NCBI GenBank assembly: GCA_025054935.1
Contig: JANWZD010000006.1
Location: 24,228 to 88,227 of the forward strand
Direction: 5' to 3'
Length of the DNA stretch: 64,000 nt
Source of the DNA: Dehalococcoidia bacterium
GTDB lineage: Bacteria; Chloroflexota; Dehalococcoidia; SpSt-223
The notes beneath the pieces were generated by a model that did no database searches, was not told the DNA's origin, and saw nothing but the letters and a program-made list of their open reading frames with translations. Below are positions 29,836 through 40,537 of the stretch, piece after piece; position 1 is the first letter of the stretch, and every line of letters begins with the position of its first letter. The translations under genes and the position numbers were made by a program.

Positions 29836-30906
29836 TTACTTGACGGCGACCCGGTTCGGGATCCAGAACTCGGGCTTGTAGCTCTCGATCACCTGCCGGA
29901 AATAGCGGCGCAGCTCGCCGTGGAAGTCGGATTCGACGAACTCCTGAGCGTAGGGCTCGCCGTTGTCGCGGTTGTCGAACTCACGGAAGTAGCGGCTGAT
30001 AAGCGAGGTCGGCTTCGGCTGATTCGAGGGGAAATCGAACACCGCGAAGACCCCGCCCGGACGCAGGATGCGGTGGACCTCAGCAACAACCTGCTTCGAG
30101 ATCTCCCACGGAATTTCGTGGAAGAGCAGGTAGACGAGAACAATATCGAAATGATTGTCGGGGAAGCCGGTCCGTTCGGCAAGCCGCTGGGCGAAATGGA
30201 CCTCGATCCCAAGGTCGACCGCCCGCTTGTGGGCATAGCGCACCATGGGCGCGCCCAAATCGATTCCCCACACCTCCGCCTGCGGAAACCGTTCCTTGAA
30301 GGCGGTCGTGGCTTGGCCGACCCCACACGCAAGATCGAGAACGCGCTCCACGCGCCCGTCCGCCGGAACGGGCACCGCCTCAACGATCTCACGGTGGATG
30401 CCGTCGTTGTTGTTTTTGCCCGTATAGAACACTCGGGTTGCGACATGATAGAGGTAACCCGTCAGCGGGTCAGCGAAGTAGCCGCCGGGCTGGATGTGAA
30501 ATTCCACCCGCGAGAAATAGTCGGGATAGGGGAAGTTCGGGTCGTATTCGACTGTTCCCGGCCCCGAACGATCGGCGATCTCTAGTTCGCGCAGCAACTG
30601 CGGCTCCCGCTTGCGGAGCGCCTCGAGCGCGCCAGACCACATCATTTCTTGGTCCGACCGATGGAAGCGCGACCGGACCGCCATGATCGGCAATCGATCC
30701 AAGATCGCCTTGACTTCGAGAATATCCTCGAATTTCCGGCCGGCAAGACGTTCCGCCTCGGCGAGCGCCTCCTGCCCTTTCTGCCGCGCAACTGGATCGA
30801 GCTTTGCGAGGTTGAAGACCCGCAGCCCCTCCGCAAAATCGAGATACGCATCATCGTCTCGTTCTGCGCTGAGAGGAGTTGTTCCGAGAAAGCCCCGGTC
30901 GATCAT
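29836..30906 (-). CDS. Class I SAM-dependent methyltransferase with N-terminal extension
   Basis: SD GGAGG before ATG at 30906. FHIQPGGY, RVLDLACGVG, GIDL, LLFHE, RILRPGG. Confidence 0.85.
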   Translation of the reverse strand: MIDRGFLGTTPLSAERDDDAYLDFAEGLRVFNLAKLDPVARQKGQEALAEAERLAGRKFEDILEVKAILDRLPIMAVRSRFHRSDQEMMWSGALEALRKREPQLLRELEIADRSGPGTVEYDPNFPYPDYFSRVEFHIQPGGYFADPLTGYLYHVATRVFYTGKNNNDGIHREIVEAVPVPADGRVERVLDLACGVGQATTAFKERFPQAEVWGIDLGAPMVRYAHKRAVDLGIEVHFAQRLAERTGFPDNHFDIVLVYLLFHEIPWEISKQVVAEVHRILRPGGVFAVFDFPSNQPKPTSLISRYFREFDNRDNGEPYAQEFVESDFHGELRRYFRQVIESYKPEFWIPNRVAVK

Positions 30907-31089
30907 TTGTCCCTCCGACGTCTCGCCGTCCCCCCGGAGACTGTACGATCCCTTGTCTTCGCCGGTCAATTGAACACATCGGAACATTTCGAGCGCGAAC
31001 TGGATGATCTTCACCCGGATCAGGCCTGCGCCGGCAGAAGCGGGTCGCTACAATGAGGCGGCGGCACAGCGCTGCAGCAGGAGAGAAGG

Positions 31090-33477
31090 ATGGATGAGGA
31101 ACGAGCGCTCGCGCGGCTCCGCGTGCTCGACCTGACAGGACCAGCGGGGAGCTATGCGGGAAAGTTGTTCGCCGAGCTTGGGGCGGATGTTCTGAAAGTC
31201 GAGCCGCCCGGCGGGGATCCTGGCCGCACCTACGCGCCGCTCTCGGGCGAGCGGTCGCTCCACTGGTGGTATCACAACACCTCAAAGCGATCGGAGATCA
31301 TCGACCTCACCACCCCAGCCGGCCGCCAGCGGCTGTGGCAGCTCGTCGAAACGGCCGACGTGCTCCTCGATACCGACCCGTGGGTCCTAGAGGCTGCGGG
31401 CTTCACGGAAGAAGCGGTCGCGCGCCGAAACCGGCGGCTGATTTGGGGCAGCCTCACCCCCTTCGGGTTGACGGGCCCGCGACGCCACTGGAAAGCAACC
31501 GACCTTATTGCCTCGGCGCTTGGGGGGCTGCTCTATCTCGGCGGCATGCCCGACCGTCCGCCATCGTGGCCGGGAGGGGAGCAGTCCTACCTGCTCGGAG
31601 CGAATGCGTTAGCGGTCGGGGTGATGCTCGCGCTCCTCGCCCGGATCAAAACTGGCGAAGGGCAGCGCGTTGACGTCTCGCTGCAGGAAGCAACCCTCGT
31701 CGCGACCGAGAATGCGATCGGCTTCTGGACCTTTCTCGGTCAGGTGCGCAGGCGCCTTGGAACGCGCAGCTTTGGCGGCCCGAAGATGATCTGGTCGACC
31801 GCCGACGGCTGGGTTGCCGCCCATATCGGCGGCCGCTGGGATGACCTGCTCGACTGGATGGAGACGCACGGCGTCGAGACACGCCGGTTCCGTTCTCCAG
31901 AATGGTACGACAACGACTACCGGCGCGCTCACTTCGACGAATTCGAACCCGTGCTCCAAGAGATGCTCAACCGGCTGCCCAAGGAGCAAGCGTACGCCGA
32001 GGGACAGCGGGCGCGGATCGTCTTCGGTCCCATTCGCACCATGGCCGAAGTGCGGCAGGATATCCAGCTGAACGCGCGCGACTTCTTTGTCGACCTGCCG
32101 ACCCCCGAGGGGCCCGTCACGAGCGCCGGCGCTCCCTATCGGCTCTCTGTCACCCCGTGGCGGCTTGGCGGCCCCGCCCCTGCTCCCGGCGAGGGGGCTG
32201 GAGACTGGCGGGAACCTCCTGTCGACGAGCCCGTTCGCCCCAGCCCTCCCGATGCGTTCGGCCGGCTCCCCTTGAGCGGCATCCGCATCGTCGACTTCGG
32301 CACCAACGTCGTCGTTCCCCTCACCTGCAAGCTGCTTGCCTCATTCGGCGCCGAGGTGATCAAAGCCGAAGGACGCTCTCGGCCCGAAGGCCAGCGCAAC
32401 ACCCCGGTGCCCCGCTCGCCGCGCGCCGATACGCTGAATACGAACTGGCTGTTCCTCAATGTCAACACTGACAAGCGGTCGCTCGCCGTCAACATGACCG
32501 TGCCCGAGGCGCAGCAGCTGGTCAGGGAGATCATCGCCCAATCGGATATTGTGATCGACAACTTCGGCGTCGACCCTCTGCCGAAGTGGGGCATGAGCGC
32601 CGAGGAGCTTTTCCGCCTCCGGCCAGACCTGATCATCGTCCGCTGCTCGGTGCACGGGCGGACAGGACCGCTCTCGAACTACGTCGGGCTGGGCAACTCG
32701 ATCATGGCAGTCGCCGGGCTGAACTCGATCACCGGCTTCGCGGGCGACCCGCCGGTCGGAACGTGCACCGCCCATCCCGACTACAGTTCAAACGCCCACC
32801 ACGCCCTCTTCTCCATCCTCGCAGCGCTGTACTACCGCGAACGGACAGGCCGCGGACAGGTGATCGACCTCTCTCAGACCGAATCGACGGTCGCTTGGCT
32901 CGGGCCGGCGCTGCTCGAATACACGGTGAACCATCGCGTTCCGGGGCAGCCGAACAACCGCCATCCCCAGATGGCGCCCCATGGCGTCTATCCCGCTGCC
33001 GGCGACGACCGCTGGATCGCCATCGCCTGCCCCAGCGACGCAGAATGGCGCGCGCTTGCCGCTCAGATCGATCCCGCTCTGCTCGATGATCCGCGCTTCC
33101 GTACCCTCGCCGACCGCAAGGCAAACGAAGACCTGCTCGACGCCCTCATCCGGGATTGGACGGTCTCCCAGGAGCCGTTTGCGCTGATGGAGCGCCTGCA
33201 GGCAGCGGGGGTCCCTGCCGGCGTCGCCCAGACCGGCCAAGATCTCGTCGAGCGCGACGAGCACCTTGCGGCGCGAGGCGCTTTCACTCTCCTCGACCAT
33301 GAAGAGGCGGGACCCGTGACGGTTATCTCGCCGCACTTCCGCCTGTCGCGGACTCCGGGGCGGATCGGCGCGCCGCCGCCGCTCCTCGGCGAGGATAACG
33401 ACTGGGTCCTGACCGAACTGCTGGCGCTCGACGAGGAGCGGGTCGCCCAGCTCTACATCGCCGGCGCAGTCGAGTAG
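31090..33477 (+). CDS. Fused double CaiB/BaiF family-III CoA-transferase
   Basis: Two consecutive CoA-transferase III domains (LRVLDL..ELGADVLKVEPPGGD; LSGIRIVDF..FGAEVIKAE). Confidence 0.9.
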   Translation: MDEERALARLRVLDLTGPAGSYAGKLFAELGADVLKVEPPGGDPGRTYAPLSGERSLHWWYHNTSKRSEIIDLTTPAGRQRLWQLVETADVLLDTDPWVLEAAGFTEEAVARRNRRLIWGSLTPFGLTGPRRHWKATDLIASALGGLLYLGGMPDRPPSWPGGEQSYLLGANALAVGVMLALLARIKTGEGQRVDVSLQEATLVATENAIGFWTFLGQVRRRLGTRSFGGPKMIWSTADGWVAAHIGGRWDDLLDWMETHGVETRRFRSPEWYDNDYRRAHFDEFEPVLQEMLNRLPKEQAYAEGQRARIVFGPIRTMAEVRQDIQLNARDFFVDLPTPEGPVTSAGAPYRLSVTPWRLGGPAPAPGEGAGDWREPPVDEPVRPSPPDAFGRLPLSGIRIVDFGTNVVVPLTCKLLASFGAEVIKAEGRSRPEGQRNTPVPRSPRADTLNTNWLFLNVNTDKRSLAVNMTVPEAQQLVREIIAQSDIVIDNFGVDPLPKWGMSAEELFRLRPDLIIVRCSVHGRTGPLSNYVGLGNSIMAVAGLNSITGFAGDPPVGTCTAHPDYSSNAHHALFSILAALYYRERTGRGQVIDLSQTESTVAWLGPALLEYTVNHRVPGQPNNRHPQMAPHGVYPAAGDDRWIAIACPSDAEWRALAAQIDPALLDDPRFRTLADRKANEDLLDALIRDWTVSQEPFALMERLQAAGVPAGVAQTGQDLVERDEHLAARGAFTLLDHEEAGPVTVISPHFRLSRTPGRIGAPPPLLGEDNDWVLTELLALDEERVAQLYIAGAVE

Positions 33478-33492
33478 GAGAGGCGGCGGACA

Positions 33493-35268
33493 CTATGCCG
33501 GCCGTCGGGGAAGACGAGGCAAGCGGAGCCGGCTGACCATCCTGCCGCTCCCCCGCTGGCGGTCCTCAGCCGCTCCCGAGCGCCGCCGGGCCGCTCTGAC
33601 GATGAGGACGGCGAGCGCGACCGCAACGAGAAGTGCGCCGAGCTCTACGCGGGGGATGAAGAGGAAGACGCCGAGGAGGAGGAGCAGGAAGCGGCTGGCA
33701 GCGCCGAGCGGCGCGCGGGTTCCAAGCGCGAGGCCGACCGCCAGCGCCGCCGCGCCTTCGACGACGAGGATCAGGGCGGCATCGGGCCCCCGCTCGAGAA
33801 ATGCCGCACGCGTCGCCACAAGCGCTGCGAGCAGCAGCGGTATCGCCCAGACAATGCGGCCGAAGAGGGCGCGCGCTTTCCATCGTCCGGCGAGGACACT
33901 CGCTCCGCCAATCCAGAAGAGCGCCGCCACGATTGCGCCCGGCGGGTCGGGGAGCGCACCCCAGCTGATGAGAATGACAACGCCGACCGCCGCTGCCGGC
34001 AGGAACAGCAGTCCCGCTATCAGCGCGAGGAGGCTGAAGAGCAGCGCTTCCATCATGGGCGCAACGCTGAACCAGCGCTGGCCAAGCGCAGCCAGCAGCC
34101 CGCTCACCTCGTTCAGCCGCTCGACCAGAGCGAGGAAGAGCAGAAGCGCGCCCGCAAGCGGCACGTGCCGAGCCGCCCAGCCGAGGCCGGCGAGCAGGTC
34201 GCGCACAGTCGCCCACCGCGGCCGGGCGATCAGCGCGCCGCCGGCAGCAATCGCCGCCGCTGTTCCGAAACTGACCGCGGGGGAAAGCAGAGCGAGCAGG
34301 CCGAGCAGCGCGGCCGGCGCGGCAAGGACCATCGCTATCCCGAGCGTGGCCGGCGCGAGCGGCGGAAGGGCCGGGAGCGGCGGCGGCCAAACCCAGCGCC
34401 AGCGATCGGCGCGCCGCCGCCCGACGACGATCAGGAGAGCGAGCGCTGCCGGCGGCACGAGGCGCCACGCGATCTCTCCGACCCCGCCGAGCGCCTGCCC
34501 TGCGAGCAGCGCGCCGAGCCCAAGCGCAGGCGGGGTGAGCGGAAGCAGCGCGTACAGGGTCGGAAGGGCACCCGCGCCGGCACGGCCGTCCGGCGCGACG
34601 AGGAACGGCGCGCTGAGCGCCGTCGCCGCCGGCGCGGCGCCGTAGGGACGAAGGAGGGCAGCCAAGCGTGGAACAAGCCGCGCCCCCACCATGCTGCCGG
34701 CAAAGAGGACGATGGGCGCGACCCACTCGCTGAGCAGAGCGAACGACGAGGCGAAAAGCCCGCCCGCGCCGTAGAACAGCGCGGATGCCTCAGCGACAAG
34801 ATCGAGCGGGGCAGCGCGCAGCGGCTCGGGCAAGCGGTCGCGGAAGGCCAAGGCGGCGGTCCAGCCGACCACGCCAAGCAGCGCCGGCCAGCCTGCCGCG
34901 CGCCGCCCCGCTTCAGCAAGCGCAAGCAGGAACACAGCCGCCACCAGCGTGTCGGTCCAACTGGGCACGCCGCCGGCGCCGAGGCGGAGGAGCGCCTCAT
35001 GCCGATAGGCGAGAGCGCCGACAACCAGCGCCGCAAGCAGCAGGTCGAGGGGGGCGATCGCTCCGCGCTGACCGGTCGGTGCCGCAGCAAGGAACGTCGC
35101 CACGAGCGCCCCGCCGATAAGCACCGTCGGATCCTGCTCGCCCGCGAGGATCAGCAGCAAGAACCCGACCGCGCCAAGCGCGGCGAGCCAGCGTCCTGCC
35201 TTCCCCACGAGGCTGCTCTCTGCCGGAGGAGGCGGCTGCAAAGCCGGGAACGGGCGAACGCGACCCAT
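33493..35268 (-). CDS. Divergent TRAP-type fused (4TM/12TM) permease-like membrane protein
   Basis: Highly hydrophobic. LAEAGRRAAGW, LFYGAGGLF, PLTPPALGLGALL resemble TRAP fused permeases. ATG at 35268. Confidence 0.6.
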   Translation of the reverse strand: MGRVRPFPALQPPPPAESSLVGKAGRWLAALGAVGFLLLILAGEQDPTVLIGGALVATFLAAAPTGQRGAIAPLDLLLAALVVGALAYRHEALLRLGAGGVPSWTDTLVAAVFLLALAEAGRRAAGWPALLGVVGWTAALAFRDRLPEPLRAAPLDLVAEASALFYGAGGLFASSFALLSEWVAPIVLFAGSMVGARLVPRLAALLRPYGAAPAATALSAPFLVAPDGRAGAGALPTLYALLPLTPPALGLGALLAGQALGGVGEIAWRLVPPAALALLIVVGRRRADRWRWVWPPPLPALPPLAPATLGIAMVLAAPAALLGLLALLSPAVSFGTAAAIAAGGALIARPRWATVRDLLAGLGWAARHVPLAGALLLFLALVERLNEVSGLLAALGQRWFSVAPMMEALLFSLLALIAGLLFLPAAAVGVVILISWGALPDPPGAIVAALFWIGGASVLAGRWKARALFGRIVWAIPLLLAALVATRAAFLERGPDAALILVVEGAAALAVGLALGTRAPLGAASRFLLLLLGVFLFIPRVELGALLVAVALAVLIVRAARRRSGAAEDRQRGSGRMVSRLRLPRLPRRPA

Positions 35269-35308
35269 TGGCGGGATTATGCCGTTCCCCGCTCCCGCTC
35301 GTCGCCTG

Positions 35309-35337
35309 TTGACAGCGCGTGCCGCCGTCGGTAGCCT
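35309..35337 (+). promoter_or_regulatory. sigma70-type promoter TTGACA-N17-TAGCCT
   Basis: Perfect -35 and 17-nt spacer, immediately upstream of the SD GGAGG and ATG at 35353. Confidence 0.65.
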
Positions 35338-35352
35338 CCTCTCGGAGGCACG

Positions 35353-36120
35353 ATGACCCGCCCGCTGATCGATTTCATCCACGTTGACTCGCTGCCGTGG
35401 CAGCAAGAGCGCTCGCCGAGCGCCAATCAGCCTCACCGCTATCGGCGTCTCAGCGAAGACGAGGAAACGGGAGAGCAGACGCTGCTCGTCGAGCTTCCGG
35501 CCGGCTGGCGCATGACGGACGATGGGTGGCTCGACGTCGATGACGAACTGTTTCTTCTCGGCGGCGACCTCACGCTGAACGGCGAGCGCCTAACGAAGTA
35601 CAGCTATCTCTTCATCCCTGCCGGCCAGCTGCGGCGCGGTGTCCGGAGTGAGGGAGGAGCGCGCCTGCTTCAATTTCGACGCGCCGCCGCAGCCTTCCAC
35701 CCGGCAGCGGCGGACAGCCCCCAAGCTGACCTGACGCGAGCGATTGGCCCGCTCAATCTCCGAACGATGCCGTACGAGCGGCCCCAGACGCCCAACTTCC
35801 CTGCCGGAGCAGGCCGCAAGACGCTCCGACGCGACCCCGTGATGGGCGACGGCTTCTGGGTCATCGCGCTGCTGCCGCATTGGATCAGCCCGTTGACGGA
35901 GAAGCACACCTTCAGCGAGGAGAACTACGTCCTCGAAGGCGAGATCGAGACGAGCGTCGGCGTGATGACGCCCGGCGCCTATCTCCATCACCCGCCGGGG
36001 GCCGTTCATGGACCGATGCGCTCGCGGCCCGGCTGTCTCATCATCACGCGGGCGGGCGGGCCGTTCCACACCGACTACGAGCCTGTTTCCGGCGACTACG
36101 CCTTTCCGGAAGAAGTGTGA
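35353..36120 (+). CDS. Double cupin (ChrR/DUF4437-like) protein
   Basis: Two cupin repeats. The second keeps H.H..EE.YVLEG..PG.Y...PPG..HGP; the first lacks the His ligands. Confidence 0.78.
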   Translation: MTRPLIDFIHVDSLPWQQERSPSANQPHRYRRLSEDEETGEQTLLVELPAGWRMTDDGWLDVDDELFLLGGDLTLNGERLTKYSYLFIPAGQLRRGVRSEGGARLLQFRRAAAAFHPAAADSPQADLTRAIGPLNLRTMPYERPQTPNFPAGAGRKTLRRDPVMGDGFWVIALLPHWISPLTEKHTFSEENYVLEGEIETSVGVMTPGAYLHHPPGAVHGPMRSRPGCLIITRAGGPFHTDYEPVSGDYAFPEEV

Positions 36121-37064
36121 TGAACGCGGTCCGATTCGGGACGCGCCTCGAAATGGGGCTGCCGAACTACGAAGCGGTGCGCGACCATGCCCGGCTTGCC
36201 GAGCGGCTTGGCTACGAAGCGGTCTGGGCACGCGACCACGTCTCCCTAGAAGATGTCACCGGCGAAGCGACCTGTCTCGAGTGCTGGACCGTCCTCTCGG
36301 CGCTTGCCCGCGACACGACGTCGATCCTGCTCGGAAGCTTGGTCCTCTGCGTGCCCTTTCGGAATCCGGCGCTGCTCGCCAAGATGGCGTCGACCCTGCA
36401 GCTTGCGAGCAACGGACGGCTCATTCTCGGCCTCGGCGCTGGGCATGTCCGGTCTGAGTTCGACGAATACGGCTACGACTTTCCCTCGCCCGGCGACCGC
36501 GTGCGGATGCTCCAGGAGGCAGTCGAAATCATCCGGCTGATGTGGACGGAGCGGCGGCCGAGCTACAGAGGGCGGTTTTTTCGAATCGCCAACGCGCTGA
36601 ACGAGCCGAAGCCGACCCCGATCCCGCCGCTCATGATCGGCGCGACCCGACCGCGCGCCCTGCGCGTTGTCGCCCGCCACGCCGACCTGTGGAACAGCCC
36701 CGACGATATCGAGGGTTTTCTCGCCGGCCGCGAAGAACTGCTGCGCGCTTGCGAGGAAGTCGGACGCGATCCTGCCGAGATCCGCATGGTCGCCCGCCTC
36801 TCCGTCATCGTCGACCGAGACGAGGCAGCCGCCAAACGCCGCCATGAGCGGGTGTGTGAGGCGCGCACAGGGCAGCCGTACTTGCGCCATCGCATTCTCG
36901 TTGGCACGCCGGAGCAGATTGCCGAGCGGGTGGCCCCCCTCGTCGCTGGCGGCGTGCGCGACTTCATCACCGCTTTCTGGGAGACCGACCGCCAAGCCGA
37001 GTGCCTCGAACAGTTCATGACCGAGGTTGCGCCCCTCATCCGCCAGCACGCTGCCGCCCGATAG
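36120..37064 (+). CDS. LLM-class (F420-dependent) oxidoreductase
   Basis: TGATG coupling. AERLGYEAVWARDH, LECWTVLSALA, RNPALLAKMASTL, GRLILGLGAG. Confidence 0.9.
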   Translation: MNAVRFGTRLEMGLPNYEAVRDHARLAERLGYEAVWARDHVSLEDVTGEATCLECWTVLSALARDTTSILLGSLVLCVPFRNPALLAKMASTLQLASNGRLILGLGAGHVRSEFDEYGYDFPSPGDRVRMLQEAVEIIRLMWTERRPSYRGRFFRIANALNEPKPTPIPPLMIGATRPRALRVVARHADLWNSPDDIEGFLAGREELLRACEEVGRDPAEIRMVARLSVIVDRDEAAAKRRHERVCEARTGQPYLRHRILVGTPEQIAERVAPLVAGGVRDFITAFWETDRQAECLEQFMTEVAPLIRQHAAAR

Positions 37065-37077
37065 CAGCTGCGAATAC

Positions 37078-37106
37078 TTTACACCGCACGTTCCGCGGAG
37101 TAGAGT
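37078..37106 (+). promoter_or_regulatory. sigma70-type promoter TTTACA-N17-TAGAGT
   Basis: 17-nt spacer; ATG 30 nt downstream with a purine-rich SD region. Confidence 0.55.
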
Positions 37107-37135
37107 GAGCAGCAAAGAAGGGAAATGGGGGAACG

Positions 37136-37540
37136 ATGAGAAGCATAGCACGGCTTCGGCTGGAAGCGCTGAGCGCATTTGCGCGCCTGCTGCGCTCGTT
37201 TAGCGACCACGGCCTCGGGGCGCTGGAACGAGCCGCGCGCGACGCTCGGCTGGTCCGGGGCGTCTGGTCCGCTGCGGACGCCGGGTGTCCGCTCTCCTGC
37301 GCCGATGGCGTGCTGGGACGGAGCGGCGCGCGGCGCTTCTTCTGGCAGGCTCACGACCGCAACCGTTTTGTCACCGCGTGGGACGCCGGGCTTGTCTCCG
37401 CTGCCGACGTGGCGGCGCTCGTCCAGCTCGAGCGCGAGCGGCGAGCGCGCGCTTGGCAGCGGCGAGCGCGCATCCGGTCCCTTGCCCGCCGCCTTGCTGA
37501 ACGCTTCAGCCCTGCGCCCTCACCACCGGCACACGCCTAG
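37136..37540 (+). CDS. Hypothetical protein (134 aa)
   Basis: Own promoter and SD. Internal GCPLSC and FVTAWD motifs. Confidence 0.6.
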   Translation: MRSIARLRLEALSAFARLLRSFSDHGLGALERAARDARLVRGVWSAADAGCPLSCADGVLGRSGARRFFWQAHDRNRFVTAWDAGLVSAADVAALVQLERERRARAWQRRARIRSLARRLAERFSPAPSPPAHA

Positions 37541-37581
37541 AGCAGGTCGCGCCGCGCGCGTGACGTCGGCACCGCGGCAGG

Positions 37582-37865
37582 CGCACCTTCAGGCGTCATC
37601 GCGGACAACGCCCAAACGATCAACGGGCTCCGCTCCGGTGAGCTCGACCTTGCGCTCCTGCACACTCGACCCGGCCCTCGGCGAGCGCGACCCAGCGCGC
37701 CGGGCAGAGCTGTATCGACAGGCTGTCCGCCTCGAGCGCGACGCCGTCACGGTCATTTATACCGTGCTCGTCCATCAGTTCCACGTCCACCCGCCGTCGA
37801 TCGCGGGGCTCCAGATCCCCCTTGGGGTCTACTTCCATCTCGACTCCGCCTACCGCACGCAATAG
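37582..37865 (+). pseudogene. Remnant of an OppA/DppA-family substrate-binding protein
   Basis: Mid-protein motif (TFR)VIADNAQTINGLRSGELDLA joined, out of frame, to the C-terminal motif DPARRAELYRQAVRL..DA..IY. No start or signal peptide. Confidence 0.7.
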
Positions 37866-37928
37866 CCGCGATCGTGCTCCGGAGGCGCTTCTTCGCCGAG
37901 GGCGAGCGTCCGGCCCGAGCGGAGCGGC

Positions 37929-39188
37929 CTAGAACGCCGGCTGGTTGATGCCGGCAATCAGCCGCGCCGCATACTCCAGCAGCACGTTCCGCCGCGCTTC
38001 TTCCACTCCTCGTGCCTTGAGATACAGTTCCAGCGCCTCGAGGGGGGCGAGCTGCTCGGCGAGCACGTCGGGCAGAGCGTGTGCCGGCGCGGACTCGACG
38101 ATGCGGGCGATCGCGGCGACATAGTGCGCCTCGCGGAGCGCGCGACGGACATCGGCGACGCGAAACTGGCGCTCGTTCTCACTCGACAACCGCACGCGGA
38201 CGCGCACCACGGCTTCTTGGATCTGGTCAGCGTGCTGCTCGATCTGCTTGAGCACGAGGCGGGTCGGATCATCGGCCTGCGAGGCGTCGACGCTGAGGGT
38301 GAAAAACCGGCGCGCGGCCGCGCTCGGCACGAACCGCCAGCGCACGGTATAGGGACGGTCGCCCGCCGAGTGAGGCTCGAAGCTGAGGCGGAGGAACCCC
38401 TTCTCCTCGCCCTCCTCGCTGAAGTCGGCGCGCTGGAGCGACCCGGGGTAGATCGCCGGGGGATGGTCGTGCACCTGCTGCATCTTATGGATATGCCCGA
38501 GCGCAACATAGTCAAAATGGGTGAGGCAGAGATCGCCGAGGGAAAGGATGTAGTCGTGGCCGAGGGTCGTTGCGCGTTCGGAGCCGAAGGTCGCGCCGTA
38601 GACCTGAGCATGGATGGCGAGGATCGAGGGGAGGCGCGGATCGAGGTCGGCCACCCGGAGCCGAACGAACTCCGTCAGTTTCTGCACTAGGCGCTGGTTC
38701 AGTTCGTCAAGAGTAAGGTTCCTCGCCTCGTCCTGCCGGAGGAGACGGCTGCGCGGCGCCCACGGCAGGGCGAGGACCTGCACCGGGCCGGCCTTTGTTT
38801 CAATCCGGAGCAGGGTGGGGCGGCCCGCGACATAGACGCTCGTGAGCGGCAGCGCCTCGAACACTTCGATGGAATGGGCGCGCACGGGCGAATTGGGGAG
38901 ATCATGATTGCCCACCAGCATGAACAGGGGCACGCCCTCGCGACAGAGCCGAGCGATCCGCTTGGCCAGCTCGCGCTGATGCGTTGGGCTGGGGTCGCGG
39001 CTCTTATACATATCGCCAGTGAAGAGCACAAGATCGACCTGCTCCTCCAGCGCCGTGTTGACGACTTCGTCGAGCGCTCTCAGGCAATCGACAAGACGGC
39101 TAGGAAGCCCGGTGTCAGTATCTATCCGGCTGTAGTTTTCGAGCCCAAGATGGACATCGGAAAAATGCAGGACCTCTAGCCGGCGCAT
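37929..39188 (-). CDS. sbcD: SbcD/Mre11-family nuclease
   Basis: [45 protein letters not shown]. Confidence 0.93.
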   Translation of the reverse strand: MRRLEVLHFSDVHLGLENYSRIDTDTGLPSRLVDCLRALDEVVNTALEEQVDLVLFTGDMYKSRDPSPTHQRELAKRIARLCREGVPLFMLVGNHDLPNSPVRAHSIEVFEALPLTSVYVAGRPTLLRIETKAGPVQVLALPWAPRSRLLRQDEARNLTLDELNQRLVQKLTEFVRLRVADLDPRLPSILAIHAQVYGATFGSERATTLGHDYILSLGDLCLTHFDYVALGHIHKMQQVHDHPPAIYPGSLQRADFSEEGEEKGFLRLSFEPHSAGDRPYTVRWRFVPSAAARRFFTLSVDASQADDPTRLVLKQIEQHADQIQEAVVRVRVRLSSENERQFRVADVRRALREAHYVAAIARIVESAPAHALPDVLAEQLAPLEALELYLKARGVEEARRNVLLEYAARLIAGINQPAF

Positions 39189-40537
39189 GCTGCCGCCTTC
39201 TCTGCCAGAAGTCCTTCGAGGGTCGGGACAAGCTCGGCGATCGGGACGCGGATTTGCGCCATCGTATCGCGGTCGCGAATGGTCACCGCCTGGTCGTTTA
39301 CGGTCTCGAAGTCGACGGTGACGCAGAACGGCGTCCCGATCTCGTCCTGGCGCCGATAGCGGCGGCCGATCGCCTGCGTGTCGTCATACTGGACCGTCCA
39401 ATGGCGGGCGAGATCCCGCCGAATGCGCCGCGCGATGTCGGTCAGCGGCTCCTTTCTGCTCAAGGGCAAGACGGCAACTTTGACCGGCGCCAGCACCGGA
39501 TGAAGCCGCAGCACAACGCGGACCCCTTCTTTGTCAGGCTCTTCATCGTAGGCATCCACTAGAGCCACGAGCACGCCACGGTCCACCCCAGCTGACGGTT
39601 CGATGACGTAGGGGAAGTAATGCTCGTTCGTCTCCTCATCGAAATAGGTGAGGTTCTTCCCGCTGAACTCGCTATGACGGCGCAGGTCGTAGTCTGTCCG
39701 ATTCGCGATCCCCTCGATCTCACCCCATCCTTTTGAGAGCCAGCCATCGGGAAAGCGATATTCGATGTCGCTTGTCGCTTTGGAATAGTGGGAGAGCTCA
39801 TTCGGTTCGTGAGCGCGAACGCGGAGATTTTCGCGGCGGATCCCGATCGAGTAGTACCAGGCAAGGCGATCTTCGATCCAGCGGCGGTGCCACTCTTCGT
39901 CGGTGCCCGGCTTGACGAAATACTCAACCTCCATCTGCTCAAACTCGCGCACCCGAAAGAACGACTTGCCGATCGTAATCTCGTTGCGGAACGCCTTGCC
40001 GTACTGACCGATGCCGAAGGGTAATTTGCGCCGCATCGCGCTGCGCACATTTTCGAAGTTGACGAAGATCCCTTGCGCTGTCTCAGGCCGAAGATAGACC
40101 TTATAGCCGCTCTCCTGGATCGGGCCGATCGTCGTCTCGAACATCAAGTTGAAGTTGCGCGCTTCGGTGAACTGGTTCGGGCAGGGAGGCTGGGGACAGA
40201 CCCGCTCATCGAGCTGGTCAGCGCGGAACCGCTGGCGGCACTTGAGGCAATCGACAAGCGGGTCGGTGAAATTCTCAACGTGACCGCTCGCTTCCCAGAC
40301 GCGCGGATGCATCAGAATGGCGGAGTCGAGGCCGACCACGTCGTCGCGCTCCTGGATGACGGCGCGCCACCACGCTTCCTTATAGTTGCGCTTCAGCTCG
40401 GCGCCGAGCGGCCCGAAATCCCAGACGCCACCTAGGCCGCCGTAAATCTCGCTACTCTGGAAGACAAACCCGCGGCGCTTACAGAGCGAAACAAATTTGT
40501 CGATATCAAGCGGCGTCGTGGATACGCGCGGGATCAT
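39176..40537 (-). CDS. glyQS: Glycine--tRNA ligase, homodimeric (alpha2) type
   Basis: [77 protein letters not shown] before ATG at 40537. Confidence 0.97.
   Translation of the reverse strand: MIPRVSTTPLDIDKFVSLCKRRGFVFQSSEIYGGLGGVWDFGPLGAELKRNYKEAWWRAVIQERDDVVGLDSAILMHPRVWEASGHVENFTDPLVDCLKCRQRFRADQLDERVCPQPPCPNQFTEARNFNLMFETTIGPIQESGYKVYLRPETAQGIFVNFENVRSAMRRKLPFGIGQYGKAFRNEITIGKSFFRVREFEQMEVEYFVKPGTDEEWHRRWIEDRLAWYYSIGIRRENLRVRAHEPNELSHYSKATSDIEYRFPDGWLSKGWGEIEGIANRTDYDLRRHSEFSGKNLTYFDEETNEHYFPYVIEPSAGVDRGVLVALVDAYDEEPDKEGVRVVLRLHPVLAPVKVAVLPLSRKEPLTDIARRIRRDLARHWTVQYDDTQAIGRRYRRQDEIGTPFCVTVDFETVNDQAVTIRDRDTMAQIRVPIAELVPTLEGLLAEKAAACAG

Noticed and set aside
30907..31014. N-terminal extension of the methyltransferase (ORF from 31014)
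   Set aside because: A good SD precedes the ATG at 30906; the extension occupies the divergent promoter region and has no recognisable motif.
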